A stretch of DNA of 63,161 nt, counting the filler. It is 5 parts of 5 records of this genome, joined end to end, with 100 filler letters (N's around TTAATTAATTAA, not from the genome) between each part and the next. Parts side by side here need not be neighbours in the genome. Positions count along the whole stretch, not along the records: positions 1 to 20,390 come from SRR31156797_11248; 4 more parts are not named here. The stretch is one strand, 5' to 3'. The translations under genes were made by a program, and so were the position numbers. This document shows, piece by piece, positions 1 to 9,985 of the stretch; the stretch's first letter is position 1; each line of letters starts with the position of its first letter. The notes below the pieces were generated by a model that ran no database searches, had not been told where the DNA came from, and was given only the letters and a program-made list of their open reading frames with translations.

Positions 1-12
1 ATGAGTAATGTA

Positions 13-188
13 GGTGGGGAACCCATAGGTGAAAATGATGACAAAAAAGAAATTCTGTGAAGTGAGGTACGAACTGAACTATTATTTCTTTTCATCAGTA
101 AGCCGTGATGGGTCACCGAATGCTTTCTCCTAGATTCTTTGCTTCTTTCTCATCAATGGAGAAAGAAGAGCCCGTCCGACTTGAGGAC
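13..188. repeat. Long imperfect palindromic intergenic element (MITE/REP-like)
   Basis: Nested stems: GGTG(13-16)/CACC(114-117), ACCCAT(21-26)/ATGGGT(108-113), TGATGA(36-41)/TCATCA(92-97), AAAAGAAAT/ATTTCTTTT. Then a perfect 10-bp stem CTTCTTTCTC(142-151)/GAGAAAGAAG(159-168). A similar module occurs at 52742-52806. Confidence 0.55.
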
Positions 189-221
189 AAAATCAAAAAT
201 AGATCTCTTGGAACCGTGTTC

Positions 222-252
222 CTTTCTCCTTAAGGAGAAAGATAGAATGAGG
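222..252. repeat. REP-like palindrome
   Basis: Perfect 20-bp palindrome CTTTCTCCTTAAGGAGAAAG (222-241) followed by ATAGAATGAGG. Confidence 0.45.
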
Positions 253-255
253 TAT

Positions 256-290
256 AAAAAAAAAGCCTCCGGTACACTACCGAAGGCTTT
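256..290 (-). terminator. Intrinsic terminator of buk
   Basis: Minus strand AAAGCCTTCGGTAG-TGTACCGGAGGC followed by a T run, just after the buk stop. Confidence 0.8.
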
Positions 291-312
291 CGCAATTAGA
301 AATAAACAATTC

Positions 313-1389
313 CTAATTGTATACTTTAGGTTCTATTTCATTTCTCAACACCATGTATCCATTCATAGCAAGAGCTTTCATTTCGTCCTCGCCAGGATAA
401 ACAACTACAGGAGCGATAAATGAAACCATATCTTTCACGTAGTTTACCAAATCAGGATTGTGAGCAATACCACCGGTTAGTAATATTCCATCAACATCAC
501 CTTTTAATACGGCTGCCATTTCACCAATCGATTTTGCTACCTGATACGACATCGCATCCTGAATCAATTTTGCTTTAGCATCACCATCTTTGGCTTTCAA
601 CTCAATCTCGTAAGCATCGTTAGTTCCCATGTGAGCAACTAGTCCACCTTCGCCTTTGATCATCTTTTTCAAATCATCAAGAGTATAGTCTCCGCTAAAA
701 CAGATTTTAGCTAAAGCACCTGCTGGCAATGTACCCGAACGCTCTGGTGAGAAAGGTCCTTCCCCATCCAATGCATTGTTTACATCAATTACTTTACCTT
801 TAAGGTGAGCACCTACAGAGATACCACCACCAAGGTGAGCCACGATTACATTGATATCTTCGTATTTTTTATCAACAGATTGAGCAAATGCACGACCTAT
901 TGCTTTTTGATTTAAAGCGTGAAAGATAGATACTCTCTGAAATTCTGGATGACCAGAAACTCGAGCAACATCAATCATTTCGTCAACCACTACAGGATCG
1001 GCAATATATGCCTTTGCCTTTGGTAGCGACTGTGCAATATTATCAGCAATTAGTCCACCAAGATTACTAGCGTGTTCTCCTAAAACTCCAACTCTCAAGT
1101 CTTCTTTCAGGCGATCGTTTACTTCATAGATACCAGATTCGATTGGCTTCACCAAACCACCTCGACCCACTACTGCTTCGATCAAATCAATTTGAATTTC
1201 TGCATCCACCATCTCTTGCATGATGATATTCTTACGAAATTCGAATTGCTCTGAAATTTGATTGTACTGAGAAAGTTCTTCTGCCGTGTGCTTGATATTC
1301 TTCAAGAAAACAGACTTATCTCCTTGAAATACTGCAATTTTAGTAGATGTAGATCCGGGATTAATTGCTAAGATTCTACGAGTTTCCAT
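313..1389 (-). CDS. buk: Butyrate kinase
   Basis: INPGSTSTK, VGRGG, HASNLG, FHALNQKA, AHLGGGISV, GEGPFSPERSG, YPGEDEM motifs; 358 aa. Confidence 0.95.
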   Translation of the reverse strand: METRRILAINPGSTSTKIAVFQGDKSVFLKNIKHTAEELSQYNQISEQFEFRKNIIMQEMVDAEIQIDLIEAVVGRGGLVKPIESGIYEVNDRLKEDLRVGVLGEHASNLGGLIADNIAQSLPKAKAYIADPVVVDEMIDVARVSGHPEFQRVSIFHALNQKAIGRAFAQSVDKKYEDINVIVAHLGGGISVGAHLKGKVIDVNNALDGEGPFSPERSGTLPAGALAKICFSGDYTLDDLKKMIKGEGGLVAHMGTNDAYEIELKAKDGDAKAKLIQDAMSYQVAKSIGEMAAVLKGDVDGILLTGGIAHNPDLVNYVKDMVSFIAPVVVYPGEDEMKALAMNGYMVLRNEIEPKVYN

Positions 1390-1433
1390 TAGTTAAGTAT
1401 ATGTTTGTGTTTATGTTGTTTCTCTATTTGTCG

Positions 1434-1441
1434 CAAAATTA
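1434..1441 (-). promoter_or_regulatory. Bacteroidota -7 promoter element upstream of buk
   Basis: Minus strand TAATTTTG matches TAnnTTTG, 45 nt before the start codon. Confidence 0.5.
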
Positions 1442-1590
1442 CCAAACTAGATTAACAATTAACAGAAATTACGCAGTTTTTAAGTGTAGTTTTGTAATTA
1501 AAATTGATTTTAAGTTACAATTTGACACTAAAACTTTAAATTCACTTAAACATTTACATCTTGAACTAACCAATAGGAATATCGAGTCAA

Positions 1591-2928
1591 TTAACTCCAT
1601 TCATTAAACTGCGGAAGTTTATCCAAGGCAATCACATCTGGTTTTGCTTCGAAATGATCAAACAAATCGTTTGAAGGCCATTCCTTAACCGAACGCATTA
1701 CACGTCGCATCAAAACACTAAGATCACGAGTGAAATCAGATCCTCTCCAGGTAGAACTATTGGTGATAATCACAAAGCTGTATCCACCTACCTGATGCTT
1801 TAATAGTGCAGAACTTCCTGCAAGGGTTCCCGTTCTCCACCAGGTTTTTGTTCTTGTTCCTTTCCATCCAATTGGACTGTGACCGTTCTTATTTGGAGTG
1901 GTCATATAGGTAATACTCTTCTTCGAAAGTACATCCGGATGAGAACTTTCCCCATCGATGGCAAGCATAAACTTCATCAATTCGGCAGCCGATGCTACCC
2001 AACCGCCAGCACCACCCAATTCTTCAATATTGTTTCCACCATTTGATCTGAAAACTGTTTTTCCTGATCCATCGAAGGCTGAAATCTTAATTGCATTGGA
2101 TTGCTCGTAATAGTTCACCTCATTAGAGAAATGATCATCCTGTAAGTTTTTCCCTAAATGCATATCGAAAATACCTGCAGGATTTAAAATATGTGTCTTC
2201 ACGTAATCCTCGTAATCTTCACCTGAAGCTTTCTCTACAATCTTTTCAAGAATCACATAGCCTAAATTGGAATATCCTCCTCTACTTCCAGGAGTAAAAT
2301 GAAGTCTTCTTGAAAGGGCAAACTGTATGGTAGTTTCGGCGCTAATTGGTGGTTCCACCTTCATCTTTTTAGCAATAGATAAAGGCAAAAACATAGGATC
2401 ACCATATTTACTCGAATATCCAGCCGAATGACGTAACAGATGTTCAACGGTAATGCGCTTTGATCTTTTGTCTCTTATTTTTAAATAAATGGAATCATTC
2501 AAAATTCCATGTTCTCCAAAAGCATAATCATCGAGATGAAGTTTTCCTTCCTCTTTCAATTTCATGATTGCTGTGGCTGTAATCAATTTAGAAACACTAG
2601 CAATACGGAACAAGTGCGAAGGCTCTACTGGCTCCTCATTTTCCACGTTAGCATATCCATATCCTTTAGCAAAGATTAATTTTTCATCCTTAACCACTGC
2701 AACGGTAGCTCCTGCTACTTCCCACTTTCTTAAAAATCTGTTGATTAAACGATCCGCTCTGGCAGTTTTTACACTTTCTGAAAGATTATTTGATAATCGG
2801 TGTGAAACCGCTTCGATACTCTTATCGATAGGAATCGCCTCGGCTCCCTGTTTTGAGAAACTAAAATTCCGATCTAAAAAGACCAGAAGTACTATTATTA
2901 GAAAAGAAAATATTCTTCTTACAATCAT
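1591..2928 (-). CDS. Serine hydrolase, beta-lactamase/PBP class C-like, secreted
   Basis: N-terminal signal/anchor; FRIASVSK (SxxK), LLRHSAG, YSN. Confidence 0.85.
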   Translation of the reverse strand: MIVRRIFSFLIIVLLVFLDRNFSFSKQGAEAIPIDKSIEAVSHRLSNNLSESVKTARADRLINRFLRKWEVAGATVAVVKDEKLIFAKGYGYANVENEEPVEPSHLFRIASVSKLITATAIMKLKEEGKLHLDDYAFGEHGILNDSIYLKIRDKRSKRITVEHLLRHSAGYSSKYGDPMFLPLSIAKKMKVEPPISAETTIQFALSRRLHFTPGSRGGYSNLGYVILEKIVEKASGEDYEDYVKTHILNPAGIFDMHLGKNLQDDHFSNEVNYYEQSNAIKISAFDGSGKTVFRSNGGNNIEELGGAGGWVASAAELMKFMLAIDGESSHPDVLSKKSITYMTTPNKNGHSPIGWKGTRTKTWWRTGTLAGSSALLKHQVGGYSFVIITNSSTWRGSDFTRDLSVLMRRVMRSVKEWPSNDLFDHFEAKPDVIALDKLPQFNEWS

Positions 2929-3305
2929 CTACAAAATATTGATTCAACATGCACTCCCAACATCACAACTCATTCTTTCAATAAGTTAGCATGTACCTTT
3001 GTACTTAATTCGCTACAAAAATGTTTATATTTTTTTGAAATACCATTCTAAATTAAACGCAATTTAAATATAGTAAAAATAATAACACTTATCCCAGTAA
3101 TATGCTTTTTAATCTAAACAATACACTCATTCATCACACCAACAAAGTCAATCAAATCTAATTTAGAAAGATTATTCCCAATTGGGTATTCTAAACAAGA
3201 CAAGAATAAAGCCTATCGAAAATAGAATAACGACAGGCTTTTCGATTTATTTTAAAGGATGATATAATTATTCGTAAAAGTTAACTTGAATACTTGCCCA
3301 TACAT

Positions 3306-4586
3306 TTATCCGACATTGAACACATTCACTTTTTCATCAATTCCTTTGAGTTTAACCAATCCAAAATCAGACAATTCGGACTTGGAATCCAACAAATCAG
3401 CAATTTGCTTGCTAATTAAAAACTGAGTTTTAAATTTCTTATTTAATTGTTCTATACGAGAAGCCATTATTACATTCTTGCCGGCAATAGAAAATTGTTT
3501 GCGAATTTCGTTACCAATATTTCCGGTAACCACTTCACCACAATGCAATCCGATCCCAACCTTTGTCGAATCTCCATTCTCCTCCATTTTAAGATGATCA
3601 ATCGCTTCGATAATCTCAATACCCGCATGATAGGAATCATTGGCGTGATTCTCGTTTTTTACTGCAATACCGAATGAGGCCATAAATCCATCTCCAAGAA
3701 TCTGATGAATGATTCCATTGTTCTTTTCGATGATTCGAATCAAAGGATCGAATATGGCATTCTGAAACTCAATCGTCTCTTCAGGACTCTGATGATCTGC
3801 CATAAGGGTAAAGTTTCGAATATCCAGAAACATGATCGATCCGGTTACTTTGTGCCCTACGGAATCATTTCTGTGCAATATCAATTCATTCGCAACATCT
3901 TTAGATAACTGCTGCCCCAGTAAGGATTCTATCTCCTGCTGTTCTTCTCTACTATTCAAAAAACTGTTCACTCTTTTCCGAATCTCATTGGCAACCACAC
4001 CTGCAATTGTTCCTGTTGTTAGTAAGCCAAAGCTTCGCATAGTGTAAATTTCTTTCATCTGCACAACATCCCCAGATGGATTTAAGTATTCTATTCCCCA
4101 CATCGCCACAACAAAATAACCCGAAGCAGCAAGTATTCCGGCACTCAACGAAATCTTAAAATCTAGATGCATCGCCGACAACATTAAAAGAATGAAGTAA
4201 AAGATCAATCCGTCATATTCCAAGATTAAAAGAGAATGATCGTACTTAATGGTGTGATACAAAACGATTGCCGGTAGTATGAATTCAATCAACAAATTGG
4301 GAATCAGAATCTTTTTAGGAACCGGAATATCTTTCTTAATAGCATAAGACAAACGTAAGAATATTAAGAGTTCGAACACACAAAACACTAACCACCAAAA
4401 GATTAATCCGTCAATAAAATTGATCTGATTCAAATAATGCCTTAACAAATTGGGCACCAGAAAATGGATTAATGGAACGAGAATGGAGCTAAATATAAAC
4501 AGCATCAATATGATTCCAACCCTTTTTCGTTCGATCTTTAAAAATTCGGGATGCAGAGATTCCTTAAAATTAGTGTGTAGCAGCAT
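3306..4586 (-). CDS. Membrane-anchored class III nucleotidyl cyclase with non-canonical specificity residues
   Basis: About 6 hydrophobic helices, then MFLDIRNFT, HQILGDGFMA, GLHCGEV, FSIAGKNVIMASRIE. Confidence 0.9.
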   Translation of the reverse strand: MLLHTNFKESLHPEFLKIERKRVGIILMLFIFSSILVPLIHFLVPNLLRHYLNQINFIDGLIFWWLVFCVFELLIFLRLSYAIKKDIPVPKKILIPNLLIEFILPAIVLYHTIKYDHSLLILEYDGLIFYFILLMLSAMHLDFKISLSAGILAASGYFVVAMWGIEYLNPSGDVVQMKEIYTMRSFGLLTTGTIAGVVANEIRKRVNSFLNSREEQQEIESLLGQQLSKDVANELILHRNDSVGHKVTGSIMFLDIRNFTLMADHQSPEETIEFQNAIFDPLIRIIEKNNGIIHQILGDGFMASFGIAVKNENHANDSYHAGIEIIEAIDHLKMEENGDSTKVGIGLHCGEVVTGNIGNEIRKQFSIAGKNVIMASRIEQLNKKFKTQFLISKQIADLLDSKSELSDFGLVKLKGIDEKVNVFNVG

Positions 4587-4611
4587 GACTATTTACATCT
4601 TTAGGTTTCAA

Positions 4612-5910
4612 TCATATATATCTTTCTTCTCTTGACTTGGACTTGGCTAGAATTTTCTCGGCTATTTCCGGATACTTCTTTAATACCTTATCAAACTCTT
4701 TTCGGTGTAATTCATAAATATCCGAATAACCTATTGAGACAACTGTTGCGGTTCTTTCTGTTTTTTTAAACATGGCAATTTCGCCCATAAAATCACCCGT
4801 TCTAAGTATTGTCAGCTGTTTTAACTCATCTGCTGAAAGAACTTTCAATTTGCCTCTTTGCACAAAAAACATAGATTTTCCTTTATCTCCTGCTCGAAAC
4901 AAATAATCTCCTGGTGTTAATATCATCGGCTTTAGATATTGAGCAATTTCTCGCACGAACTGATCATCAACACTCTCAAATAGTGTAATATCTTTAATTA
5001 CATTTTTCTTAAACTCTAACTGCAGTTCATTCCTTAAGCCAAATGGAAGAGCGTCCATTAGCTCCGATTCGTCGTATCCTAATTTTTGCTTTAACTCATA
5101 AGTAAAATAGTCTCCTATGCGGTGTTCCAAATCCTTTGATATTTCCTGATAATGAATCAAAGCACGCAACTTTTCCATATTGTCGATAAAACGCTGTTCT
5201 GCAGGATTTTTCTTTGTAAAAACTCCAACGATACTACCAACTAACAGAGCAAGCAAAGCCACACCTGAGAATTGCAAGATAATATTAAACAGCATTTCTA
5301 AATTGCCATGTGGTACAATATCTCCATATCCAACCGATGTGATTGTACTAACCGTATAATACAATGCTTGTATATAATTATCGATATTTGATAGCCCAGG
5401 TTCAATTCCATGAACCGCTACCCAAACGCATGCGCACCAATGTGAGAATAAAAATGTTCCGAATACCAACAACCAAAATAAGATACTGGAAGTGTTTCGA
5501 ATGTTTCGCATTTGAAAATGACGCATAGTTTGAAATACCTTTACCCATTTAAACAAACGCAAGAGTTGCCAAAGAGGTCCGGATAATAAAAATGCATAGG
5601 GCAAAACAGCTAATACATCTGCGATAAAATATTTCCAGGAAGAATAGGTATCCCAATAAACATCCTTCAAAACAGAATGACTCCTGATCTTTTTATATCG
5701 GTAAATATTAAAAAGTAAATCCAAAAGAAATAATCCAGAAATGCTAAAATCCAGTACCCAATACCACCTATTGGCTCTCAAATCGAATAAAAAATCCAAT
5801 GGTAGTATACTAGCTTGAACCAAAACAGCTACTATTATAATTATCCTCCACGAAGAATCGAATGCGGACTTTAGACGTTTGCTTTGCATTTGGGTTAGAA
5901 TTTCCATCAA
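4612..5910 (-). CDS. Cyclic-nucleotide-gated-like K+ channel (6TM + C-linker + CNBD)
   Basis: S4-like LLRLFKWVK, pore TITSVGYGD, phosphate-binding cassette GEIAMFKKTERTATV. Confidence 0.9.
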   Translation of the reverse strand: MMEILTQMQSKRLKSAFDSSWRIIIIVAVLVQASILPLDFLFDLRANRWYWVLDFSISGLFLLDLLFNIYRYKKIRSHSVLKDVYWDTYSSWKYFIADVLAVLPYAFLLSGPLWQLLRLFKWVKVFQTMRHFQMRNIRNTSSILFWLLVFGTFLFSHWCACVWVAVHGIEPGLSNIDNYIQALYYTVSTITSVGYGDIVPHGNLEMLFNIILQFSGVALLALLVGSIVGVFTKKNPAEQRFIDNMEKLRALIHYQEISKDLEHRIGDYFTYELKQKLGYDESELMDALPFGLRNELQLEFKKNVIKDITLFESVDDQFVREIAQYLKPMILTPGDYLFRAGDKGKSMFFVQRGKLKVLSADELKQLTILRTGDFMGEIAMFKKTERTATVVSIGYSDIYELHRKEFDKVLKKYPEIAEKILAKSKSREERYI

Positions 5911-5939
5911 ATAAACATGAATACATTAAATAACAATAT

Positions 5940-5947
5940 CAAAAATA
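5940..5947 (-). promoter_or_regulatory. Bacteroidota -7 element upstream of the channel-cyclase pair
   Basis: Minus strand TATTTTTG matches TAnnTTTG about 30 nt upstream of the channel ORF; no well-spaced -33 TTTG seen. Confidence 0.4.
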
Positions 5948-6006
5948 GATAAAAGCATCCTATTTATCGGTAAGTTGCAAAACAAGCTTATTCCCTTTCC
6001 TCTAAT

Positions 6007-7125
6007 TTAAGCAACTTTTTTATACCTACTCACTGCGAAAGAAATCATTACAATTGAATACAAGGATAAGATTTGCAACTCCTTAAGAACATCAGTAAAA
6101 CCGGATCCCTTCAACATTATCATTCTAATGATCTTGATAAAATAGGCAACAGGATTCAAGAGATTCAGTTTTTGTGCCCAGTCAGGCATGCTTTCAACCG
6201 GAGTGAACAAGCCGCTCATCATTAAGAAAACCACCATAAAAAACCAGGCAATAAACATGGCTTGCTGTTGCGTATCTGTTTGTGTTGATATTAATAAACC
6301 AAATCCTAAAATGGTGAGCAAATAAACAAAAGCAACCAAATAAATTAGCCAAACCGATCCCAATAAAGGAATTTTAAAAAGAAAGGCAGCGATTAACAAA
6401 CCCAATCCCAATTCGAAAAAACCAATTACCAAAAAGGGAATTAACTTGCCAATTAAGAACTGATATCTCTTTATCGGCGTCACATTTATCTGCTCTATTG
6501 TTCCAATTTCTTTTTCCCGAACCACATTCATTGCAGATAAGAACAAGCCAACAACGGTGATCAATAATACCAAAATACCTGGCAGCATGTAAGGTATATA
6601 TTTCATTTCTGGATTGTACAAATACGAATAAGTACTTTGAATTTGCAATGTATTATTATCCTTCCCAACTGAGTGGATATTCGCATTGGTACTTTGGTTG
6701 TATTCCTGGATTACAGAGTGAATGTAAGCATTGTAAAGTCCGGCTGCACTGGCATCAATCGCATTCACCAATACCTGAACCGATGCGCTTTCTTTTTTAT
6801 CTATAGCTTTGCCAAATCCATTTTCAAAATTAAGAACTGCATCAACCTTATCTCTATACAGTTCTTTTTCCGCCTCATCAATAGAAAAACCCGAACCTAC
6901 TACCGTAAAAAAAGGAGAACCACTGAACTTGGATACGATTTGTCGGGAATGTGTTGACAAATCATTATCTACGACATAAATATTGGTATTTTTCATTTCG
7001 TAGGTTGCCGCAAAAACCAAAACACAAAGCTGAATGATTGGCATTGCAAAAATAATTGGCAACATACTTTTGTTTCTAAAAATCTGTAGAAACTCCTTCT
7101 GTAATATGTATTTAATTGTTCTCAT
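6007..7125 (-). CDS. ABC-2 type permease (YbhR-like)
   Basis: KEFLQIFR start, VREKEIGTIEQINVTP, SGLFTPVESMP; multiple TM helices. Confidence 0.9.
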   Translation of the reverse strand: MRTIKYILQKEFLQIFRNKSMLPIIFAMPIIQLCVLVFAATYEMKNTNIYVVDNDLSTHSRQIVSKFSGSPFFTVVGSGFSIDEAEKELYRDKVDAVLNFENGFGKAIDKKESASVQVLVNAIDASAAGLYNAYIHSVIQEYNQSTNANIHSVGKDNNTLQIQSTYSYLYNPEMKYIPYMLPGILVLLITVVGLFLSAMNVVREKEIGTIEQINVTPIKRYQFLIGKLIPFLVIGFFELGLGLLIAAFLFKIPLLGSVWLIYLVAFVYLLTILGFGLLISTQTDTQQQAMFIAWFFMVVFLMMSGLFTPVESMPDWAQKLNLLNPVAYFIKIIRMIMLKGSGFTDVLKELQILSLYSIVMISFAVSRYKKVA

Positions 7126-7180
7126 CCTATTATTTGTAAATCAAGCATCTAAAATCAAGCGTTTAATTTCCCAATACAGC

Positions 7181-8287
7181 TTATTCCAATCTAATTTTAA
7201 ATTTGTTTACGCTCAATCCAATAAAGCCCACAGTCATTCCTAAAAGAATAAGCGTCTCCTTCCAAACAAATTCAAAACCAGTTCCTTTTAGCATGATATT
7301 TTTAATGATCACAATAAACCACCTTGGCGGAATAATGTGACTTATTACCTGAAGAGGCAAAGGCATGTTGCGAATTGGAAAAATGAATCCTGAAAGCAGA
7401 ATGGTCGGTAGCATCAGTGCGAACATCGATAGCATCATGGCAACCTGTTGACTGTTGGATACAGTGGAAATAAATATCCCAATTGATAGTGCCAAAAAGA
7501 TGAATAGAACACTTTCCGCCATTAACAAAGCAAAACTGCCCAATACCGGAACGCCAAAAACAAAATACCCCATTCCCACTATTACCAGTGCATTGATAAA
7601 GGACAACAACAAATAAGGCGTGACTTTACCCAATATAATCTGCCATGGCCGTAAAGGAGATACCAAAAGGATTTCCATTGTTCCCAGTTCTTTCTCTCTG
7701 GCTATTGATATGGAAGTCATCATTGCTGAAACCAGCATTAAAATGGTTGCCATAATTCCCGGCACAAACATGAAAACACTTTCCATATTCTCATTAAAAT
7801 ACATACGTTCCTTTATGACTATTTGATTAGGGGTAACATTCGATTTGTTAATTTCCACATTATAGTTTTGCAAAATACCTTGCAGGTAATTTACTTCCAG
7901 GCTTGCCATATTTGGTTCTGATGCATCTGCCAATATTTGAGCTTTCGCCCTTGTATTTCGAATCAAATTCTTTCCAAACTCGGGTTCAAAAACCAAGACA
8001 ACTTTGGTTTCACCACCCCGAAATACTTCTTCAACCTCATCTACATTTTTCAGGTTTTCAATTAAATCAAAATAACCTGATGAAGTAATCTTATTAATTA
8101 TTTCTGCTGTATATTCATCTTTTGAATGATCTAAAACTGCCATTTTCACATCCTTCAAATCATTGGTAATCACAAATCCGAACAACATCAATTGGACAAT
8201 GGGCATTCCAAATAAAATAAGCATCGATCGCTTATCTCTAAATATATGATAGAACTCTTTTCTTAAAAATCCGATAAATCGCTTCAT
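7181..8287 (-). CDS. ABC-2 type permease (YbhS-like)
   Basis: KEFYHIFRD, AREKELGTMEILLVSP, LSGFIFPIRNMP. Confidence 0.9.
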   Translation of the reverse strand: MKRFIGFLRKEFYHIFRDKRSMLILFGMPIVQLMLFGFVITNDLKDVKMAVLDHSKDEYTAEIINKITSSGYFDLIENLKNVDEVEEVFRGGETKVVLVFEPEFGKNLIRNTRAKAQILADASEPNMASLEVNYLQGILQNYNVEINKSNVTPNQIVIKERMYFNENMESVFMFVPGIMATILMLVSAMMTSISIAREKELGTMEILLVSPLRPWQIILGKVTPYLLLSFINALVIVGMGYFVFGVPVLGSFALLMAESVLFIFLALSIGIFISTVSNSQQVAMMLSMFALMLPTILLSGFIFPIRNMPLPLQVISHIIPPRWFIVIIKNIMLKGTGFEFVWKETLILLGMTVGFIGLSVNKFKIRLE

Positions 8288-8312
8288 AACAACTCCTAAT
8301 ATTGATTAGCAA

Positions 8313-9059
8313 CTACTCTTGATAATTACTTTTTCGTGCCAAACGAAGGAAAACTTCATCCATATCCTTGGCTTCAAATTGTTCTTTTAGCCCTTTGGGT
8401 GTATCCAATGCTTCAATTTTTCCATCCACCATAATCGAGATTCTATCGCAATATTCTGCCTCATCCATATAATGTGTAGTCACAAATACCGTAATCCCAT
8501 TTCGCGATGCTTCGTAAATCAAATCCCAAAATTGTCTTCGGGTAACAGGATCTACTCCTCCTGTGGGTTCATCGAGAAATACGATTTTAGGATTGTGAAA
8601 AATCGCAACCGAAAAAGCCAGCTTCTGCTTCCATCCCAATGGCAGTTCGCCAATTCTTTTGTTTCTGGCATGCGATAAATTCAACTTGTCGAGTAGTTCA
8701 TCAGACTTTTGCTTAATTTCTTTTGATGACATGCCATAAATTCCAGCATAAAAACGGATGTTCTCAAATACGGTAAGATCATCGTAGAGAGAAAATTTCT
8801 GACTCATATAGCCAATATTTCGTTTCAATTCTTCTCTCTGCTTGTAAACATTTAAACCTGCCACCATTATTTCTCCTGAAGTGGGATAAGAAAGTCCGCA
8901 AAGAATCTTCATGGCTGTTGTTTTTCCTGCTCCGTTCGCACCAAGGAAACCAAAAATTTCACCAGCAAACACATCAAACGTCAAATTATCGTTTGCCGTA
9001 AAAGCACCAAACTTTTTGTATAGGTTTCTTACTGATATTACTTTTTTCTCTGAATTCAT
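8313..9059 (-). CDS. ABC transporter ATP-binding protein
   Basis: Walker A GANGAGKT, variant signature LPLGWKQK, Walker B FLDEPT. Confidence 0.92.
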   Translation of the reverse strand: MNSEKKVISVRNLYKKFGAFTANDNLTFDVFAGEIFGFLGANGAGKTTAMKILCGLSYPTSGEIMVAGLNVYKQREELKRNIGYMSQKFSLYDDLTVFENIRFYAGIYGMSSKEIKQKSDELLDKLNLSHARNKRIGELPLGWKQKLAFSVAIFHNPKIVFLDEPTGGVDPVTRRQFWDLIYEASRNGITVFVTTHYMDEAEYCDRISIMVDGKIEALDTPKGLKEQFEAKDMDEVFLRLARKSNYQE

Positions 9060-9982
9060 TGCTGTGTTGAGTTTTCAATACTTAAAGCCATAAAACAATC
9101 TTCAATTCCTGCTTGTGCTTTCTCTATTTTCAAATCATCATGTCCCTTCAATTGGAGATATTCCTTTAAATCTGAAATTGAAAATTCATCTCTTGTATCG
9201 GTATAATGAATGCTTTGCCCAAATGGAAACACGGAATTAACGTAAGGATAATCCCTTACATCGAGAATCAATTGGTAAGTATCCGTCCCTTGAATAGAAT
9301 ACAAATCTTTTTCGAAATTTGAAATGATTCCTTCCGGAGTATCCAAACTTAAAATCTCACCATCCTGCATTAAGGCAACTCGCTCGCATAAATTGGCTTC
9401 ATCCATATAAGGCGTTGCCACAACAATTGTAATTCCTTTACTTTTCAAGCTTTTTAGCATTTGCCAAAATTCACTTCGCGAAACTGCATCAACACCTGTT
9501 GTTGGTTCATCGAGCAAAAGTATTTTAGGTTGATGAACCAAAGCGCAACAAAGTGCCAGCTTTTGTTTCATCCCGCCTGAAAGTTTACCTGCCAATCTAT
9601 GTTTAAATGGTTCAATTTGCTGCCATACATCTCGAATCATATCCATATTATCTTCTATTCGAGTGTTAAAAACGGTGGCAAAAAATTGAAGGTTCTCAAT
9701 TACACTTAAATCCTGATAAAGAGAAAATTTACCCGGCATATAGCCCAACAAATTTCTTATTTCCTTATACTCTTTGCGCATATCGTATCCGCAAAGTGTG
9801 GCAGAGCCTGAATCTGGAAGGAGTAATGTTGCCATCAGGCGAAACAAACTTGTTTTCCCCGCGCCATCAGGTCCAATTAAACCAAACAACTCACCGGATC
9901 CAATCTCTAAATTGATGTTCTTCAAGGCCTGTACTTCTTCGTAAGATTTGTACAGATTCTCTATGCTAATTTTAGATTCCAT
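9056..9982 (-). CDS. ABC transporter ATP-binding protein
   Basis: GPDGAGKT, LSGGMKQK, LLDEPT; 4-nt overlap with the next gene. Confidence 0.92.
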   Translation of the reverse strand: MESKISIENLYKSYEEVQALKNINLEIGSGELFGLIGPDGAGKTSLFRLMATLLLPDSGSATLCGYDMRKEYKEIRNLLGYMPGKFSLYQDLSVIENLQFFATVFNTRIEDNMDMIRDVWQQIEPFKHRLAGKLSGGMKQKLALCCALVHQPKILLLDEPTTGVDAVSRSEFWQMLKSLKSKGITIVVATPYMDEANLCERVALMQDGEILSLDTPEGIISNFEKDLYSIQGTDTYQLILDVRDYPYVNSVFPFGQSIHYTDTRDEFSISDLKEYLQLKGHDDLKIEKAQAGIEDCFMALSIENSTQQ

Positions 9983-9985
9983 ATG

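Noticed and set aside
139-423. 94-aa ORF at the window start
   Set aside because: Runs through palindromic repeats, the terminator and the antisense end of buk; likely spurious.
8313-9059. Non-canonical ABC signature LPLGWKQ
   Set aside because: Typical of the second ATPase domain in YbhF-like exporters.
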